Below are positions 13,785 to 27,202 of a stretch of DNA of 64,000 nucleotides, in pieces (the first letter of the stretch is position 1; each line of letters starts with the position of its first letter). Source of the DNA: Octopus bimaculoides. Its lineage: Eukaryota. A program made the position numbers and the translations under genes. The notes beneath the pieces were generated by a model. That model worked only from the letters and a program-made list of their open reading frames with translations. It ran no database searches and was not told the origin of the DNA. The stretch spans positions 3,273,781 through 3,337,780 of the forward strand of contig NC_068999.1 in assembly GCF_001194135.2 (NCBI RefSeq), read 5' to 3'.

Positions 13785-14744
13785 TCTACAAGATGGTACT
13801 ACACAATATTACATCTAAACTATATTATATCTATGTCATACATAATATCTACATAGGGTGTCCAGTTCTGCCTTACCCATCCATCTTGTAACCCAGTAAG
13901 GCTGTGAATGCATGTGGCCATTCACTAAATCAGTTATTTTCTATTGCAAGCTTTAATTAATTGCAGCCTGAAAAGAACGAGCATCTCTGATTTATTCACA
14001 CCCTAACTGCCTAAATGTGAAAATCACAGAAGATAGTTTTATTATATTTTATTTTTAATGAATTTCATTTCCTAAACTTTTTGCTTTTGTTTTGTTATTA
14101 GAATTTTAAAATATTGACTGTCAGAGATGGGATGTTGCTGATCTGAGGCAAAACACTGAAATAAGGGGCTGTATAGACACAGCGTATTGTAGATATAACA
14201 TCCAGAAGTATCTTAATGTAAGCCATATAACTGAAGTGTCGACATACCAAACTAAAGATATTCGGTACTACAGCTATAGAAATATGTCATGTTGCAGACA
14301 TGGCAATGCGGAAAAATACATGTTCAAAATAAAGATGATGATGTTGATGATGATTATCATCATTATCATTATCATCATTTTAATGTGAAGAATCAGCAGT
14401 TTGGCTTATCTGCCCATCTATTGTAACTTCCTGCCAGATTAAATAAATAGATTAACCAGAGTTAAGCTAAATAATTTAATATCCAAATATTTGTTTGAAT
14501 CAGTGGCACTCGAGGGATTTCTTTTCATATTTAATGTCTGTTGGTGTCACTTTTATTGGTTAGCAACACCAGAAAGAATCTCTGAAGAAAAGAAAGAAAC
14601 CAGAACACAACGCCACCGTCTTAATTTCTCTAAATTCCTGACATGGTGGCTGCCTCAGAATATTTCCCAGTCACAGACAGGACGTTCTGTGGAGCATATT
14701 CTTTGATTAGTTTATTAGTTTATTCAGTCTATTATTGTAATTAA

Positions 14745-15100
14745 TTAACTGTGGCCATACTGCAGCACCGCCTTGAAGAGTTTTAATGAATTAAATTCTC
14801 CCCAGGACTTAGTGTTTTAAAGTCTGATGCTTATTGTGTCAGTCATTTTGTGCCAAACTGTTATGGGGACATAAACAAACAAACAAACCATTTGTCAGTT
14901 GGAGAGAGACAAACACAAAGAATAGACCCTCACACACACACACACACACACACGATAGGCTTCTACATAGTTTCCATTCATCAGATTCACTCGCAAAGCT
15001 TTGGGCAATCTGGAACTATGGTAGAAAACATTTTCTCCAAGTGCTGTCCAGTGGGACTGAACCCCAAACCACATAGCTGTGAAGCAAACATCTTCACTGC
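14745..15100 (-). mobile_element. OK-type SINE, reverse orientation
   Basis: Tail (GGCCATACTGCAGCACCGCC), internal (CA)n and head (AGTGGGACTGAACCC) are all recognisable. Confidence 0.75.
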
Positions 15101-15104
15101 CCGT

Positions 15105-15420
15105 CCATGGGGCCTCATGGAGACGATGACAAATGACTGAGACCTTTGCCAATATGCTGTGCTTGAGAAGAAGACCCATCAAGCCAAGTGAAATCATAGT
15201 TGTGACAGATACGGGTGTCACACAACTGGCACCTGTGCCCAAGGCACATAATAGCATCCATTACACTCTTGGGGTGGTTGGTGTAAGGAAGGGCATCCAG
15301 CTGTAGAAACTTTGCCAAATCAGACTGGAGTCTGGTGCAGCCCCTCAGCTTACCAACTCTGGTCAAACTGTCCAACCCATGCCAGCATGGACAATGGGTG
15401 TTAAATGATGATGATGTTGT
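15105..15420 (+). mobile_element. 5'-truncated RTE-type LINE 3' end with (TGA)n tail
   Basis: Degraded ORF end, then 3' UTR (GGAAGGGCATCCAGCTGTAGAAAC..CCAACCCATGCCAGCATGG..GTTAAATGATGATGATG). The same tail recurs at about 1570-1630(-), 6170-6270(-), 24890-25120(-), 32740-32960(+), 33960-34055(+), 47420-47480(+), 51590-51730(-), 55027-55155(-), 57620-57850(+) and 58040-58470(+). Confidence 0.7.
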
Positions 15421-15544
15421 AGAAGAGATGAAGATAACAGGTGACCTTGAAACACCATCATGTAGCATTAATGGCAGTTCCATTATTGCTTCGTGGTGTT
15501 GCCATGGTTACTAATTACATCAGCAAAACCAATTAACAAGAGCC

Positions 15545-15745
15545 TCTCTAATGTTTGCTAGACTTGCTACAAATAGCAGTCAATCGTCCCTTAAATCACA
15601 CTCTGTCATCTCAGAAAAGGCCTACATGAATAATGTAAATGTTCAGTATGTAACAGTGCATAAGAAGATGGGATGGTCATGGCTGGAATGCCTTTGATGA
15701 AGCATCTGCACTGTCAGGCTAGCCTAGGGCTAAATAACAGCAGCA
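15545..15745 (+). repeat. Unclassified dispersed repeat (CTAGAAATAGCAGCCAAA..CCCTCAAATCAC..GGCTGGAATGCCTTTG..GGGCTAAA family)
   Basis: Diverged homologues at about 4890-4960(-), 7135-7250, 8250-8420, 10040-10210(-), 11720-11830, 47900-48070 and 58761-58861(-). Confidence 0.6.
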
Positions 15746-15867
15746 TTAACTAAATCAAGAAAGGTTGTGTATCCGTTTATTCAGATACCTGTGTATACAG
15801 GGGTGGGGGTTGACTATGCATGTGCACACATGCGTGCGTAGATTTGTGTGTGTGCGTGTAGATTAGA

Positions 15868-15904
<37 letters not shown>

Positions 15905-17369
15905 ACTGCTTGCACAATCTGTCTTTAAGTGCAGAAAATATCCTTTTGATATCAAAAGAGTAAAGCACCTTCATAGATCTACCACTCTTTGTAGAATTTC
16001 TCTTTGACTATGGGGGTCCTTTATTTCCCAATAAATCCTATTTACCAATTCCAAGTAAATTCTTTGAAGATGCTTCCCAATTACTTTCTTTGCTGAAAAA
16101 TCGAACAACAAGTCTTGTTTCTTCCATTAAACATTGCTGCTGCTTCTCTCTTGGATTATTCTGCAGATGGATTAAAGCCCCCACCCCTTCCCTCACACGT
16201 TTCCTCTTTCTCTTCCTCTCTCTCCTTCTTTCTTCACTTCTTTCTGCCTCCCTTTTCCTTCTAATAAAAGACCTCTTCTTTACTGACTTTTACTGACCTC
16301 CTCTCCTGCTCTGTCTTTTCTCTCCCCTAAACTGGCCTTTGATTCTCTAAAATCTTGACCAAAGGGATTACAACTCAGAGCAGCAAAATATCATTAAGCT
16401 GGACAACACGTAACGTCCAGCGTGTCTTCCCATTGTCCACTTTTGCCCACCTTTGGCTGCCTGCCAATTGGTTTTAAGATGAAATCCATTGATCTCATTC
16501 CCATGTGTCCACTAGACAGGACACTTTGACATAGCTCAGGTCAGTTAGATCATCCACTAGGTTTTCGGGGATTATTAGCAATTTGTCTATGGATAGAGTT
16601 ATGACTCAACATCAAAGAATCGGGACAAAAAGCTGACTTTTAAAAGTTCCTTGCAATTTGGGAAATGGGAAATTTGGCACAAGGCCAGCAAGTTCAGGGA
16701 AGCATGCGAGTGGATAGCATCGAGCCCCAGTGGTCAACTTGTACTTACTTCATTGACCTTGAAAAAATGAAAGGCAAGGTTGGCCCTGACAGGATTTGAA
16801 TTCCGAATGTAGAGACGGACAGAATAGGTGCAGGCGTGGCTGTGTGATTTCAGAATCCAGATCTTAAATTTTGACTTTTCAATAATTTGTCTCTTATTCA
16901 AGTAATTTTGTCACAGTTGTCCAATCTCGTGCTCATATTGGTATCACTGCTGAATGTGTTACGCAGGTGCTCCAGCTGGGCATGAGCCTTTGTAAGTAGT
17001 TTTGAATCCTCAATTTAGAAGAGATAGGTTATCAATTGTCCCCAGTATTTAATAACCATTGTTGGCATTTGTTTAACAGATTCATTAATGGAGTCAGCGG
17101 GGTCAGGCAGCCGGTTCCACCAAAGACTTCTGTTTTACGGAGTGGGGGGAGGACATGCCTAGTTTTTATTGCTATGCACTGTTATTACGATGCCAACAAA
17201 GCTTAGCTGATCCATTATGTATTGAGGTGGTGCAGCCGTCTTGTTTGCATTCAACCTTCTCCAGTTTCTCAGGAATTTGCTGTCTTCAGTAATTAATCCT
17301 GCTAAGTTGTGTTTTTGTTTTTCATTTTTGCAATAATCGTGAGATGCATATAATTTCTGACATACCAGG

Positions 17370-17856
17370 GTATCTTTGTTGCAACACGGTGAGTGTAGCA
17401 CACACAGAGTGTCTCTGTTGTGATTGTGAATGTAACACACAGTATCTCTGTTTTGATGGTAGGTGTAACACACATAATACAGTGTCTTTTGTGATGTGTG
17501 TGTAACACACAGTACCGTGTCTCCGTTGTGATGAGTGCAGCATACGTTACAATTTCTCTGTGATGTGATATGTGTAGCGTACACTACGTTTCCTGTGATG
17601 TGACATGGTGAGTGTAACTCACTGCAGCATCTCTGTTGTGACGTGGTGAGTGTAACACACGCATCTCTGTTGTGACATGGTGAGTGTAACACACTAAGTT
17701 TCTCTGTGATGTGGGGAGTGTAACACACTACACTTTCTCTGTAACATGACGAGTGTAACACAGTACAGTATCTCTGTTTTGATGTGGTAAGTGTAACACA
17801 TTACAGTTTCTCTGATTGTAACATACAGTACAGTATCTGTGTTGTGATGTGGTGAG
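17370..17856 (+). repeat. Degenerate minisatellite, about 33-40 bp unit, about 14 copies (TCTCTGTTGTGATGTGGTGAGTGTAACACAC-AGTA)
   Basis: Unit visible directly; it explains the 200-aa minus-strand ORF 17159-17761. Confidence 0.85.
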
Positions 17857-17939
17857 AATGGTTTTATTGATGAGTCAAATATTGACAGCTAATAACTATT
17901 AGAATCGCGTATCTGATATCTTATAAAAATTTGGTTCCT

Positions 17940-18340
17940 CATGGATATCCACTTTATAGTGTAATTAGATATTTGTATGCATCTGATATCTCTTTGTCAG
18001 TTTGGTTAACTTACAGTCATCTTCTCGTGATATCTTTCTAAGTGATGGAGTGCTTCTTAAGAACACTTGTAACCTGACTGTAGAAAGCAGAGACAGCAAG
18101 ACTTCCATTAGGCCATTCAAATTGCTGATATACAGAATAGATGCTATTAAGAACTGCCTGGAGTATGCTATATCTTCTCCTGTACGCTCTGTTTATATAA
18201 TCTGTACTGAATACAGTGTCCTTGGTCGGTGTGTTGTACTGCCATATTCAATCAACATCTCAAACAAACAGTTGTTCAGAATTTACCAAATCTTGCCATA
18301 GCATTCTCTCTGAAAGCAGAATCTGTTTTGATTGGTTTCA
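17940..18340 (-). mobile_element. Old LINE (RTE-like RT C-terminal) remnant
   Basis: Broken minus-strand frames contain MARFGKF..TKDTVF, reminiscent of RTE A.AAFGKL..TKIAVY. Many stops and frameshifts. Confidence 0.3.
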
Positions 18341-18574
18341 ATGAAATACATTAATTATTATTTTTAATCTAAAAATATTTTCCCCTTCAGATGCGTGCTG
18401 TTAAGATAAATTTCTAATTATGTCTTTTTATGTCCTGTTCTCATTTGCTATTCCTTCCTGATGGCTATCACTCAACAAGCTGTGTAAACAATTTATACAA
18501 AACTGATGTTATAAATTAGAAGCTAGCTTTACTGCTCCATCATGGCTAATGAAACTCTCTCCAGTTTTGTCCAA

Positions 18575-18614
<40 letters not shown>

Positions 18615-18939
18615 GTTATCATGATTATCATCATCATCCTGTGTTCATAATTGGTTTACATTTGTACTATTTCTACTTCCTGTTATCGTTTGTCTTCCTT
18701 TGGTCATTTAAACCAACAAAATTCTGTTTAAGTTGCTTTAATAAGCCTCTCAGTGTGCCTCACCACCACCACCTCCACCACCACCACCACCACCACACTT
18801 TCTATTTTGATATGAAATCTGGCTTGAATCTTGATTATATATTTTCTGATAAGATTATTCAAAGTACATCCTTCGTAATTGTCTGCCTCTGTCTACACTC
18901 TGTAGGTTCTTCTCCAGAATTTAATGGATTGCCACAGCA

Positions 18940-18985
<46 letters not shown>

Positions 18986-21095
18986 TTGTATGTATATATT
19001 ATGCATCAATATGTGTGTGTGCATTTCTATGTATGTATATATTATACAAGGTGTGTGCGTGTGTATACATGCATAAAATTTTATACACCTAAATTACAGC
19101 TATTTACTGGAACCCATATATGGTTCCATACCATTGGTAGCTGTAAAACCTTTCAGCAAAATCTGTCTTTAATGGTAGATTATTTATAAATCAATAGAAT
19201 AAACCATGAAAAAAAAAGAAAGAATTGAAAGCTTTGCAAAGGAATAATGGTAATTTTTAAAAGAAAAAAAAGAGATATAGATTAAGATATCAAAATTACA
19301 TTTAAAGTGGAATTTGTCAAAAAAAAAAAAGACATTTTAAATGGGGATGATGATGATGGTGGTGGTGGTGGTGGTGGTAATTCTACAGAAAATAATTGCT
19401 ATTTTTACTGTCCGATTCTATTTCAATTCTGTGTGTTAAAGTGAAGTAAACTCTTAACATCTTAAGCTTCTAATTCTGGAATATGTCCTGTTGCACTTCA
19501 GACCAATTTTACAAAGAAATTGTTTAACTTCTGATCCTGCTTCACCATATTTATATTGCTCTCGAGACTATCATTTTACCAATTAATTTTGTGCATATCT
19601 ATGTTAACACAGATACGCGCCACGCGCGCACACACACACACACTTCTCTGGAAATAGTAGATTAAAATAGCCATTTGCGTATCATACTTAATATTGATAC
19701 ATCATGATGGGCAAAGTTACTGTGGTGTGTGTGCAGGTGGACTTCACCTTTCATCCCTTTGGGGTCGATAAATTAAGTCTAAGTTTTCGTACTGGGGTCA
19801 ATCTAATCGACTTGCCCCCTCCCCACCAAAAGATTTCAGGCCTTGTGCTTAGAGTAGGAAAGAATATCTTTGTTATTCTTGTTAACAATATTTAATGTTC
19901 TATCAGTATTGCTCCCACCCCCATAACAACAGTGATTGTTTTGCATATTCTGCAGTGCTACAACATTCTCCTACCTCTAGAGATTATTCCTCGGTGTTAC
20001 ATAACAGTCTGACTAAAGTTTGAATTCAGCAATTCAGTAAAGAACAGTGAGGAAATGGTTGTCTGGTGACCATTTTTGTCGCTGTGTGTTTATCTGGTTC
20101 AGCTAACAGTGGAGGACGTCAATGATTTATGACATCTGGGAATAAAATATGATTACACCCTGGAGCCAGAAGTGGTCTCCTTTCTTCCTGTCTTCTTGAA
20201 GACATGCATAGATTAACAGAAATTAGGAATTGGAATAATTTCTTGAATACAGCTGATGGAATAATTGTGTGTGCAATGAAGTAATTAGGGTGGAAAGAAT
20301 ATCACAAAGTAATTTCATTTTTTAATTGGAAATGGTTAAAATGTAATGTTGAATTAATTGTAACTTAATCATTATAACCATCACCATCTCACCACCACCA
20401 CCACCTCCAGTCCACACTCCCTAGCACCATCATCACCACCATCATTCTAACCACCACCACTGGCACCTTCTTAACCTTGACATCACTAATATCCACCCCA
20501 TCCTACCCCTATCCATCCCACTATATCACCCTCGGGGTTTTTTTCATGTTTTTCCATGTCTCAATCCTGTACATTATTACTTTATGATAAGAGGAGAGGA
20601 GGGGAGAGTGAGAGGGGGAAGAGTAATAGAGTTATAAAGAGGACATGTGGCAGGGGTCAGCCCATCACTTTCGCTAAGGAGGGAATTAACTCTGTAGCTC
20701 TGTCCTTGACTTTGGTTCTACACCCCCACACCCCCACCCATANNNNNNNNNNNNNNNNNNNNNNNNNNNNNNNNNNNNNNNNNNNNNNNNNNNNNNNNNN
20801 NNNNNNNNNNNNNNNNNNNNNNNNNNNNNNNNNNNNNNNNNNNNNNNNNNNNNNNNNNNNNNNNNNNNNNNNNNNNNNNNNNNNNNNNNNNNNNNNNNNN
20901 NNNNNNNNNNNNNNNNNNNNNNNNNNNNNNNNNNNNNNNNNNNNNNNNNNNNNNNNNNNNNNNNNNNNNNNNNNNNNNNNNNNNNNNNNNNNNNNNNNNN
21001 NNNNNNNNNNNNNNNNNNNTTAACCATAGGACCTTTAACTCTGAACTCACACTCTCTCCCCCTTTCTCTCTCTCTCTCTCACACACACACACACT

Positions 21096-21346
21096 TTCTA
21101 TTGCTTTCTCTTGCTCTCCTTTTCTCTCTTAGTCTCTCTCTCTCTCCCTTTGTCTCTGTCTATCTCTTCCTCCCACTGTCTCTCTCCTCTTTCTCTCTTC
21201 TCCGTTCTCTCTCTTTTCTCTCCCTCCCTCTGTTTTCTTCTCTATCCCTCTGTCTCTCTTTCCCTCCCTCTGTCTCTCTCCTCTCTCTTTCCCTCCCTCT
21301 GTCTCTCCCCCTCTCCCTTCTCTTTTCTTCCTCCTCCCTCCTCCCT
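21096..21346 (+). repeat. About 250-bp polypyrimidine (CT-rich) tract
   Basis: Almost exclusively C/T with scattered G/A. Confidence 0.9.
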
Positions 21347-21640
21347 CGTAATTAACATATACAATTAGCTCCATTAACATAATGTCCATCCAGTTGAACC
21401 GTAAACCATTTCTGCTGTACAACCAGCCATCCAACCATCCGACCAGCCTTCGGTGCTTCTTCGCAGTCTGGTTGCTATGGGATACAGGAGTATTAAGGAA
21501 TGTAGTCAGCATCAAATTGTTATTGTTGAGATGCTGAATTGTTTTTTTTTCTTCCTGAAAGAGGATTCCAGCCAGAATGTGGAATGGGTAGGGGGTGGAG
21601 TGTGTGCATGTGTGTGAGTGTGTGTGCGAGAGAGAAACAG

Positions 21641-21694
<54 letters not shown>

Positions 21695-21753
21695 TGTCAA
21701 GCGGAAATCAAGTAATATAAATGGTGTATAGTGTTGTTGTATGTGTGTGTGTT

Positions 21754-21791
<38 letters not shown>

Positions 21792-22123
21792 TCTTTTATT
21801 CTTTTACTCATTTCAGTCATTTGACTGCGGCCAAGCTGGAGGCACCGCCTTCAGTCAAACAAATCAACCCCAGGGCTTATTCTTCAGTTGTCAAGCGATG
21901 GTGGTGGGGACAATCACAGACACACAGATACATACATACATACACACACATATATATATACGACAGGCTTCTTTCAGTTTTCGTCTACCAGATCCACTCA
22001 CAGGGCTTTGGTTGGACTGAGGCTATACTAGAAGACACTAGCCCAAGGTGCCACGCAGTGGGACTGAACTTGGAACCATGTAGTTGGGAAGCAAGTTTCT
22101 TACCACACAGCCACTCCTGCACC
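21792..22123 (-). mobile_element. OK-type SINE, reverse orientation
   Basis: Well-conserved reverse match from TTTCAGTCATTTGACTGCGGCC to TTACCACACAGCCAC. Confidence 0.85.
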
Positions 22124-22191
22124 TATATATACACACACGTATATATACAGGGACGTATGTTAATATATGTTTGTATATATCTATATATCTA

Positions 22192-22280
<89 letters not shown>

Positions 22281-22498
22281 ATCAGTTTATTGTGTACAAT
22301 GCTCAGGTGCTCTACACTCATGATCTTCTGATTACATTGTAGTGAATGAGTGTGTGTTTGTGTGCATTTGTGGGTATGTATGTATATACAAGGAAACATA
22401 AGTGGAAGTCATAATTGTGTGTGTGTGTACACAAGGAGGAAAAAGTACAAGTCATATAATTTCACCACACCCTCTATCAAGTGTGTATCTCTATATAC

Positions 22499-22553
<55 letters not shown>

Positions 22554-23320
22554 NNNNNNNNNNNNNNNNNNNNNNNNNNNNNNNNNNNNNNNNNNNNNNN
22601 NNNNNNNNNNNNNNNNNNNNNNNNNNNNNNNNNNNNNNNNNNNNNNNNNNNNNNNNNNNNNNNNNNNNNNNNNNNNNNNNNNNNNNNNNNNNNNNNNNNN
22701 NNNNNNNNNNNNNNNNNNNNNNNNNNNNNNNNNNNNNNNNNNNNNNNNNNNNNNNNNNNNNNNNNNNNNNNNNNNNNNNNNNNNNNNNNNNNNNNNNNNN
22801 NNNNNNNNNNNNNNNNNNNNNNNNNNNNNNNNNNNNNNNNNNNNNNNNNNNNNNNNNNNNNNNNNNNNNNNNNNNNNNNNNNNNNNNNNNNNNNNNAATC
22901 AGGATTTCTTTTATTTTCTTTTCAAAAATTTCTTTTCTCTCTCCCCCACTCTCACTCACACACACACACACACACACACACATAAAAAGCTTCAACTTGA
23001 AATCACACCCTTTTATGTATTTATTTAGGGTCCTTATTAAAGAAATTATTGTTGTTGTTATTATTAACTAACCCCTTACTTCCCTCAAATTTCAAGCTTT
23101 CACCCTTTGTAAGAAACGGTTTATTATCCCATCTCAAAAGGATGAAGGTAAAGTTGATGATAAGGATATTAATAGAGTTCAAATCCTATCAAGGTCTACT
23201 TTGTCTTCCGTCTTTTTAGGGCCCATCAAATAAAGTACCAATCAAGTACTGGGATTGATGTAATCCTTGCTCTGTTCCCTCAAAATTGCTGGTCCTGTGC
23301 CTTAATCAGAAACCATTTTT

Positions 23321-23592
23321 ATTGCTGCCGCCTTAGTGAAGGCAGAGGTATTGTTTTCAGTGGTGTTTGTTTGTCTGTGGGCAAGATATCTCAAGAACTG
23401 CTGGATGGATTCAGATGAAACTTTCAGGGTTGTTTGGCCTTGTGACTGGCATGAACTGATTAGATCTTGGGATCGATCTGGTACCGGACAAGGATTCTGG
23501 ATTATTTTTCCTGTTTTTTTACTTAATTATTGAGAGCAGTCGGGTTCATTTTTAGTATTCTCATTTGTGAGAGCAGTTGAGTTTATTTCAGT
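23321..23592 (+). mobile_element. Helentron/HINE-like non-autonomous element, 5' part
   Basis: Starts GCCGCCTTAG..AGGTATTGTTTTCAG..TTTGTTTGTCTGT..GAAACTTTCAGG, as in DINE/HINE-type elements. Body is homologous to 8628-8787 and 44056-44318. Confidence 0.6.
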
Positions 23593-25674
23593 GGGGGTGT
23601 TACATGCTGTTGTTGCAGTGGTGGTGGTGTCTACCAGTTTATTGCAACGAAAAATTTGTCCGTTCTTCAATTTGGAATGTTTCTGATATAAGAATTATAC
23701 CAAAGACTTATTTTACAAAAGAACAAGAAAATGGCAACAAATAGACAAAACACCAAAAGAGAGAAAAAAAAAAAAAGACAATGAAAGTAAACAGCTGAAG
23801 CAAATTGCAGTTGTGTAATAACGAAGTTTGCATCTGTTTAATTGGCAGTTAATTAAAATATTGCATCTGGTTGCCAGATGTTGGTAAATAACTAGTAAGA
23901 ACTCTTCATTCCAAGCAATCTCTCGCATTTGAAATGATGGATCACTGTTGTTGATAGCATTTCCACTGATAATTCTTTCGACGAGCAGCAGCATCCTACA
24001 TAATCTTTCTGTTTCAATCACAGCAGAGAAAACATCTTCTTGAAATACAATAAAAGCTTTAGAAAAAAAATGTTCATTGTGAAAGCTTCAGCTCTGTGGA
24101 TCTGTCTGTCTGTCTGTCTGTCTGCCTTGTCTGTCTGTCTGTCTCTCCATCCATATTATTGAGTAAGATGGAGGGAGAGAAAGAAAGAGTATATGTGTGT
24201 GTGTGACTGTGAAAGGATTCCCCTCCCCCCCCCCTTGCGTTGATGCAGTCATTTAAATACAACTGCTGTTCCTTGCTGTTTGGTCTACCATTCCTGCAGA
24301 CTAAACCACATTCAAATTAACCAAACATACGAAAACAATTGCTATTTTACTTGACAGCAATTGTGGGTTTACTATTGTTGTTGTTGTTGTTGTTGCTGCT
24401 GTTGTTGCACTCTTTTAGCATTTGATTTTGCAAGTTGATGCTATTGTCTTGGTGGTGGTGGTGACTGTGGTAGTAAATGGGGATGGTTGTGGTGGTGATG
24501 GGAATTGCAGTCATGGTGGTGGTGGTGGTGGTCATAGCATTGCAATAGTTTTGTATCAATGTTGTTGTAGCAACGGGGGTTGTAGAAGAGAAGATTCTTA
24601 AAGAGCATAGTTATGTAGTGATGGTCATGTTATGTACGATTGATGTGGTGCTAGGAGTGGTTTCTTGGTGTTGCAATGGTGGTGGTAGTGATACAGCATA
24701 CATATCCAAGGTGGATTTGACCGATTCCTTATAATAATCCCCCTTCCATCCCCCAATTCCATCTGCAGGAATTGAACCCAAGTCTACTACTACTATTACT
24801 ACTTCTACTTGTAACAGCAAGCCATTCCTATCCTTCCTTTGATGCCTATGTATAACTAGGAGTAAACAAGTGTGTGTGTGTGTATATATCATCGTCGTCG
24901 TTGTTTAATGTCCGTTTTCCATGCTGGTATGGGTTGGACAGTTTGACTTAGGACTGGCAAGCCAGAAGGTTGCACCAGGCTCCAATCTGATCTGGCAAGG
25001 TTTCTACAGCTGGATGCCCTTCCTAATGCCAGATGCCCTTCCATATATATATATACATATACATACATCTGTCATCATCATCATTTAACATCTGTTTTCC
25101 ATGCTGGCATGGGTTGGGTGAAACACAGGTTTGTCTGTGTCTAACTATTTATACTGGGCAATGTATCAAGGTGGACATGTCATGATGATTGTCCTTCACA
25201 GTGACCTCTCTCCTATCACCAATGCATTGATATAGTATACCATTGGCAACTACTCTCCTGTGACCTCTACAGTGATACACCAGAGACAACCACTCCACTA
25301 TTACTGGTCCTGTGATATGCTATGGCTGACCACTCTGTGGCAACCAATGCACAATTTAAATATACACTCCTCTTTCACATTAACGTAGACTTGAAAAATT
25401 TTATCATCAGACGAAATGTTTATATGTCACTTGTGTGCCTCTGTGTGTGTACATGTATGTGTGAAGCATATGCATAGTATCTGTGTGTGTATGGTAAATG
25501 CATATGGTTTGTGTGTGGGTGTGTGTGTGTTTGGTATATATATGTAGTATGTGTGTACATGATAAATATGTACATTTAAAAAGAATTAGTCCCTTTCCCT
25601 ACCCCAGCTAATCTAAACCTATTACTAACTGTTACTAACAAGTTAAATGACCTATTAATGTCAACCTGTTTTTT

Positions 25675-25707
<33 letters not shown>

Positions 25708-25905
25708 CCTTCTGCCAGCAACACTTTAACCTCCCCCTCTGTTGTTGTAGTAGAGAGCTGGCCTATTAAAAGTCTTCATCTTGACAAGGTCTTTGTTGAA
25801 GTGGCTCAGATGGTGCAGTGCTAGACATAATAATTGCATTGCTGCATTTACTTATAATACTGGACGTTCTGAGTTCAAGTCTTGAGTGGGATTGATAAGT
25901 ACCAG

Positions 25906-26054
25906 CAGGCCCGGCTCTAAGGTTACAGGTGCCCTGGGCAAGCTGAACTTCAGCATGTACAAGTTGGCAGTCAGGGAAATTTCCTTGTCTTTGTCACGCC
26001 CTCTTTGGCACCCCAGGCGACTGTCCGAGTTGCCAGTACCTTGAGTTGGCCCTG
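25906..26054. mobile_element. Small DNA-transposon MITE (hAT-like termini) nested in a SINE
   Basis: Ends CAGGCCCGGCTCTAAGG / CCTTGAGTTGGCCCTG; direct repeat GTACCAG on both flanks (25899-905 and 26055-61), taken from the SINE AAGTACCAG motif. Confidence 0.75.
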
Positions 26055-26874
26055 GTACCAGTCATGAATTGGGGTTAATTTCACTATTTTCCTTGTGTCT
26101 GTGTTATAGTGAACATCCTGGTGAAGAGAATATAATTTCTTTTACAAACCTCCACCACCCCACTCCCATTCCCATCCTCACCATTGCTGCCACCCCCACC
26201 ATCATCACCTTTTTTCTGGTTGTTTTCACTGTTCCACAGTCAATTCCAGACTCACTTTTATGTTCTGGATTCACTCACAGCCTTTCTCAAACTTCATCCG
26301 TTACCAGAATCCTGGTACTTTCCAGCTAAATCTGTTCCACCCATTAAACAAACACAAAAGAACTAACCCTTCCTCTACTTCCATCCATTCATCTCACCCA
26401 CCCACCCCAATCCTCCCTGCCCCCTCTCTCAGGGGCCCCACCATCCCTGCTGGGGAAATAGATTTAACACCAGTTGGTAGCCAACATTCCACTTCCTATA
26501 GTCTGTTAGGGTTGGAACTCTAATAACAGTGGAATAGACAAGCAGCACCAGATTTCTCCTTCTTCACGTTAAAACCCCCTAAGGGATGATTCATAATTAG
26601 AACCTGCGTCTGAAAATTAAAAATAAAGAAAATAGAATTATCGTAATAAAGTTGTGTAATATAGTTGTTGTTTTGTTTTTTGGGGGTTTTTTTTTGCAGA
26701 CAATTTTTTTTTTTTAATATGTATGTATAGAATGGGGTATATTTTAAGTTTTCCAGCACCACAGCCCTGGTTCTACAATATCATGTTTTGCATTTTAAAA
26801 TGAGAAAAATGAAAAGAAATATCATTAGACATAAAGAGTGAGACATCAGTGACTGTTTTGCTTAATTTCCTTAT

Positions 26875-27140
26875 TTAACCCTAGAAGCACCCAGCAGTTA
26901 TTTCTGACCCCTTTTGTTGCTTTCCACTTTTTAATTTCTACGAACATATTGAATGTGCAATCATAAGCATCATTTCATATTTATGTGTATATATATTTTT
27001 TCCTACATCAATTTTTTTCTATAAATGCTAAACTAAATCCTTTATTCACTGCATTAGCAAATATTTGAAATAAATTGTATTACATAAAGATTTTCAATGC
27101 TGGTCAGAAATGACCACTATAGTCCTTGTAGGAAGTAAGA
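26875..27140. mobile_element. Degenerate piggyBac-like MITE
   Basis: Left end TTAA|CCCTAGAAGCACC..TTATTTCTGACC; the right end GGTCAGAAATGACC..CCTTGTAGG is an imperfect inverted copy. AT-rich interior. Confidence 0.45.
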
Positions 27141-27202
27141 AATGCTGGTACCCCTCTAGTGGGGATATTCTATTAACCAGGTGCATGTGGTGGATATGCA
27201 CA

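Noticed and set aside
14491-14706. ORF with protein-like middle (ERISEEKKETRTQRHRL...)
   Set aside because: TTG start, no usable donor, no recognisable homology.
17159-17761. 200-aa minus-strand His/Cys/Thr-rich ORF
   Set aside because: About two-thirds is the translation of the 17370-17856 minisatellite; the rest has no recognisable domain or splice context.
17370-17856. CRISPR-like array
   Set aside because: Eukaryotic intronic context, degenerate units without unique spacers, and no cas genes.
18542-19189. 215-aa ORF
   Set aside because: Built from (TAT)n, (CAC)n and (TG)n repeats; no domain.
23713-24021. 102-aa minus-strand ORF
   Set aside because: Non-ATG start, ends in low-complexity T-rich sequence, no domain or splice support.
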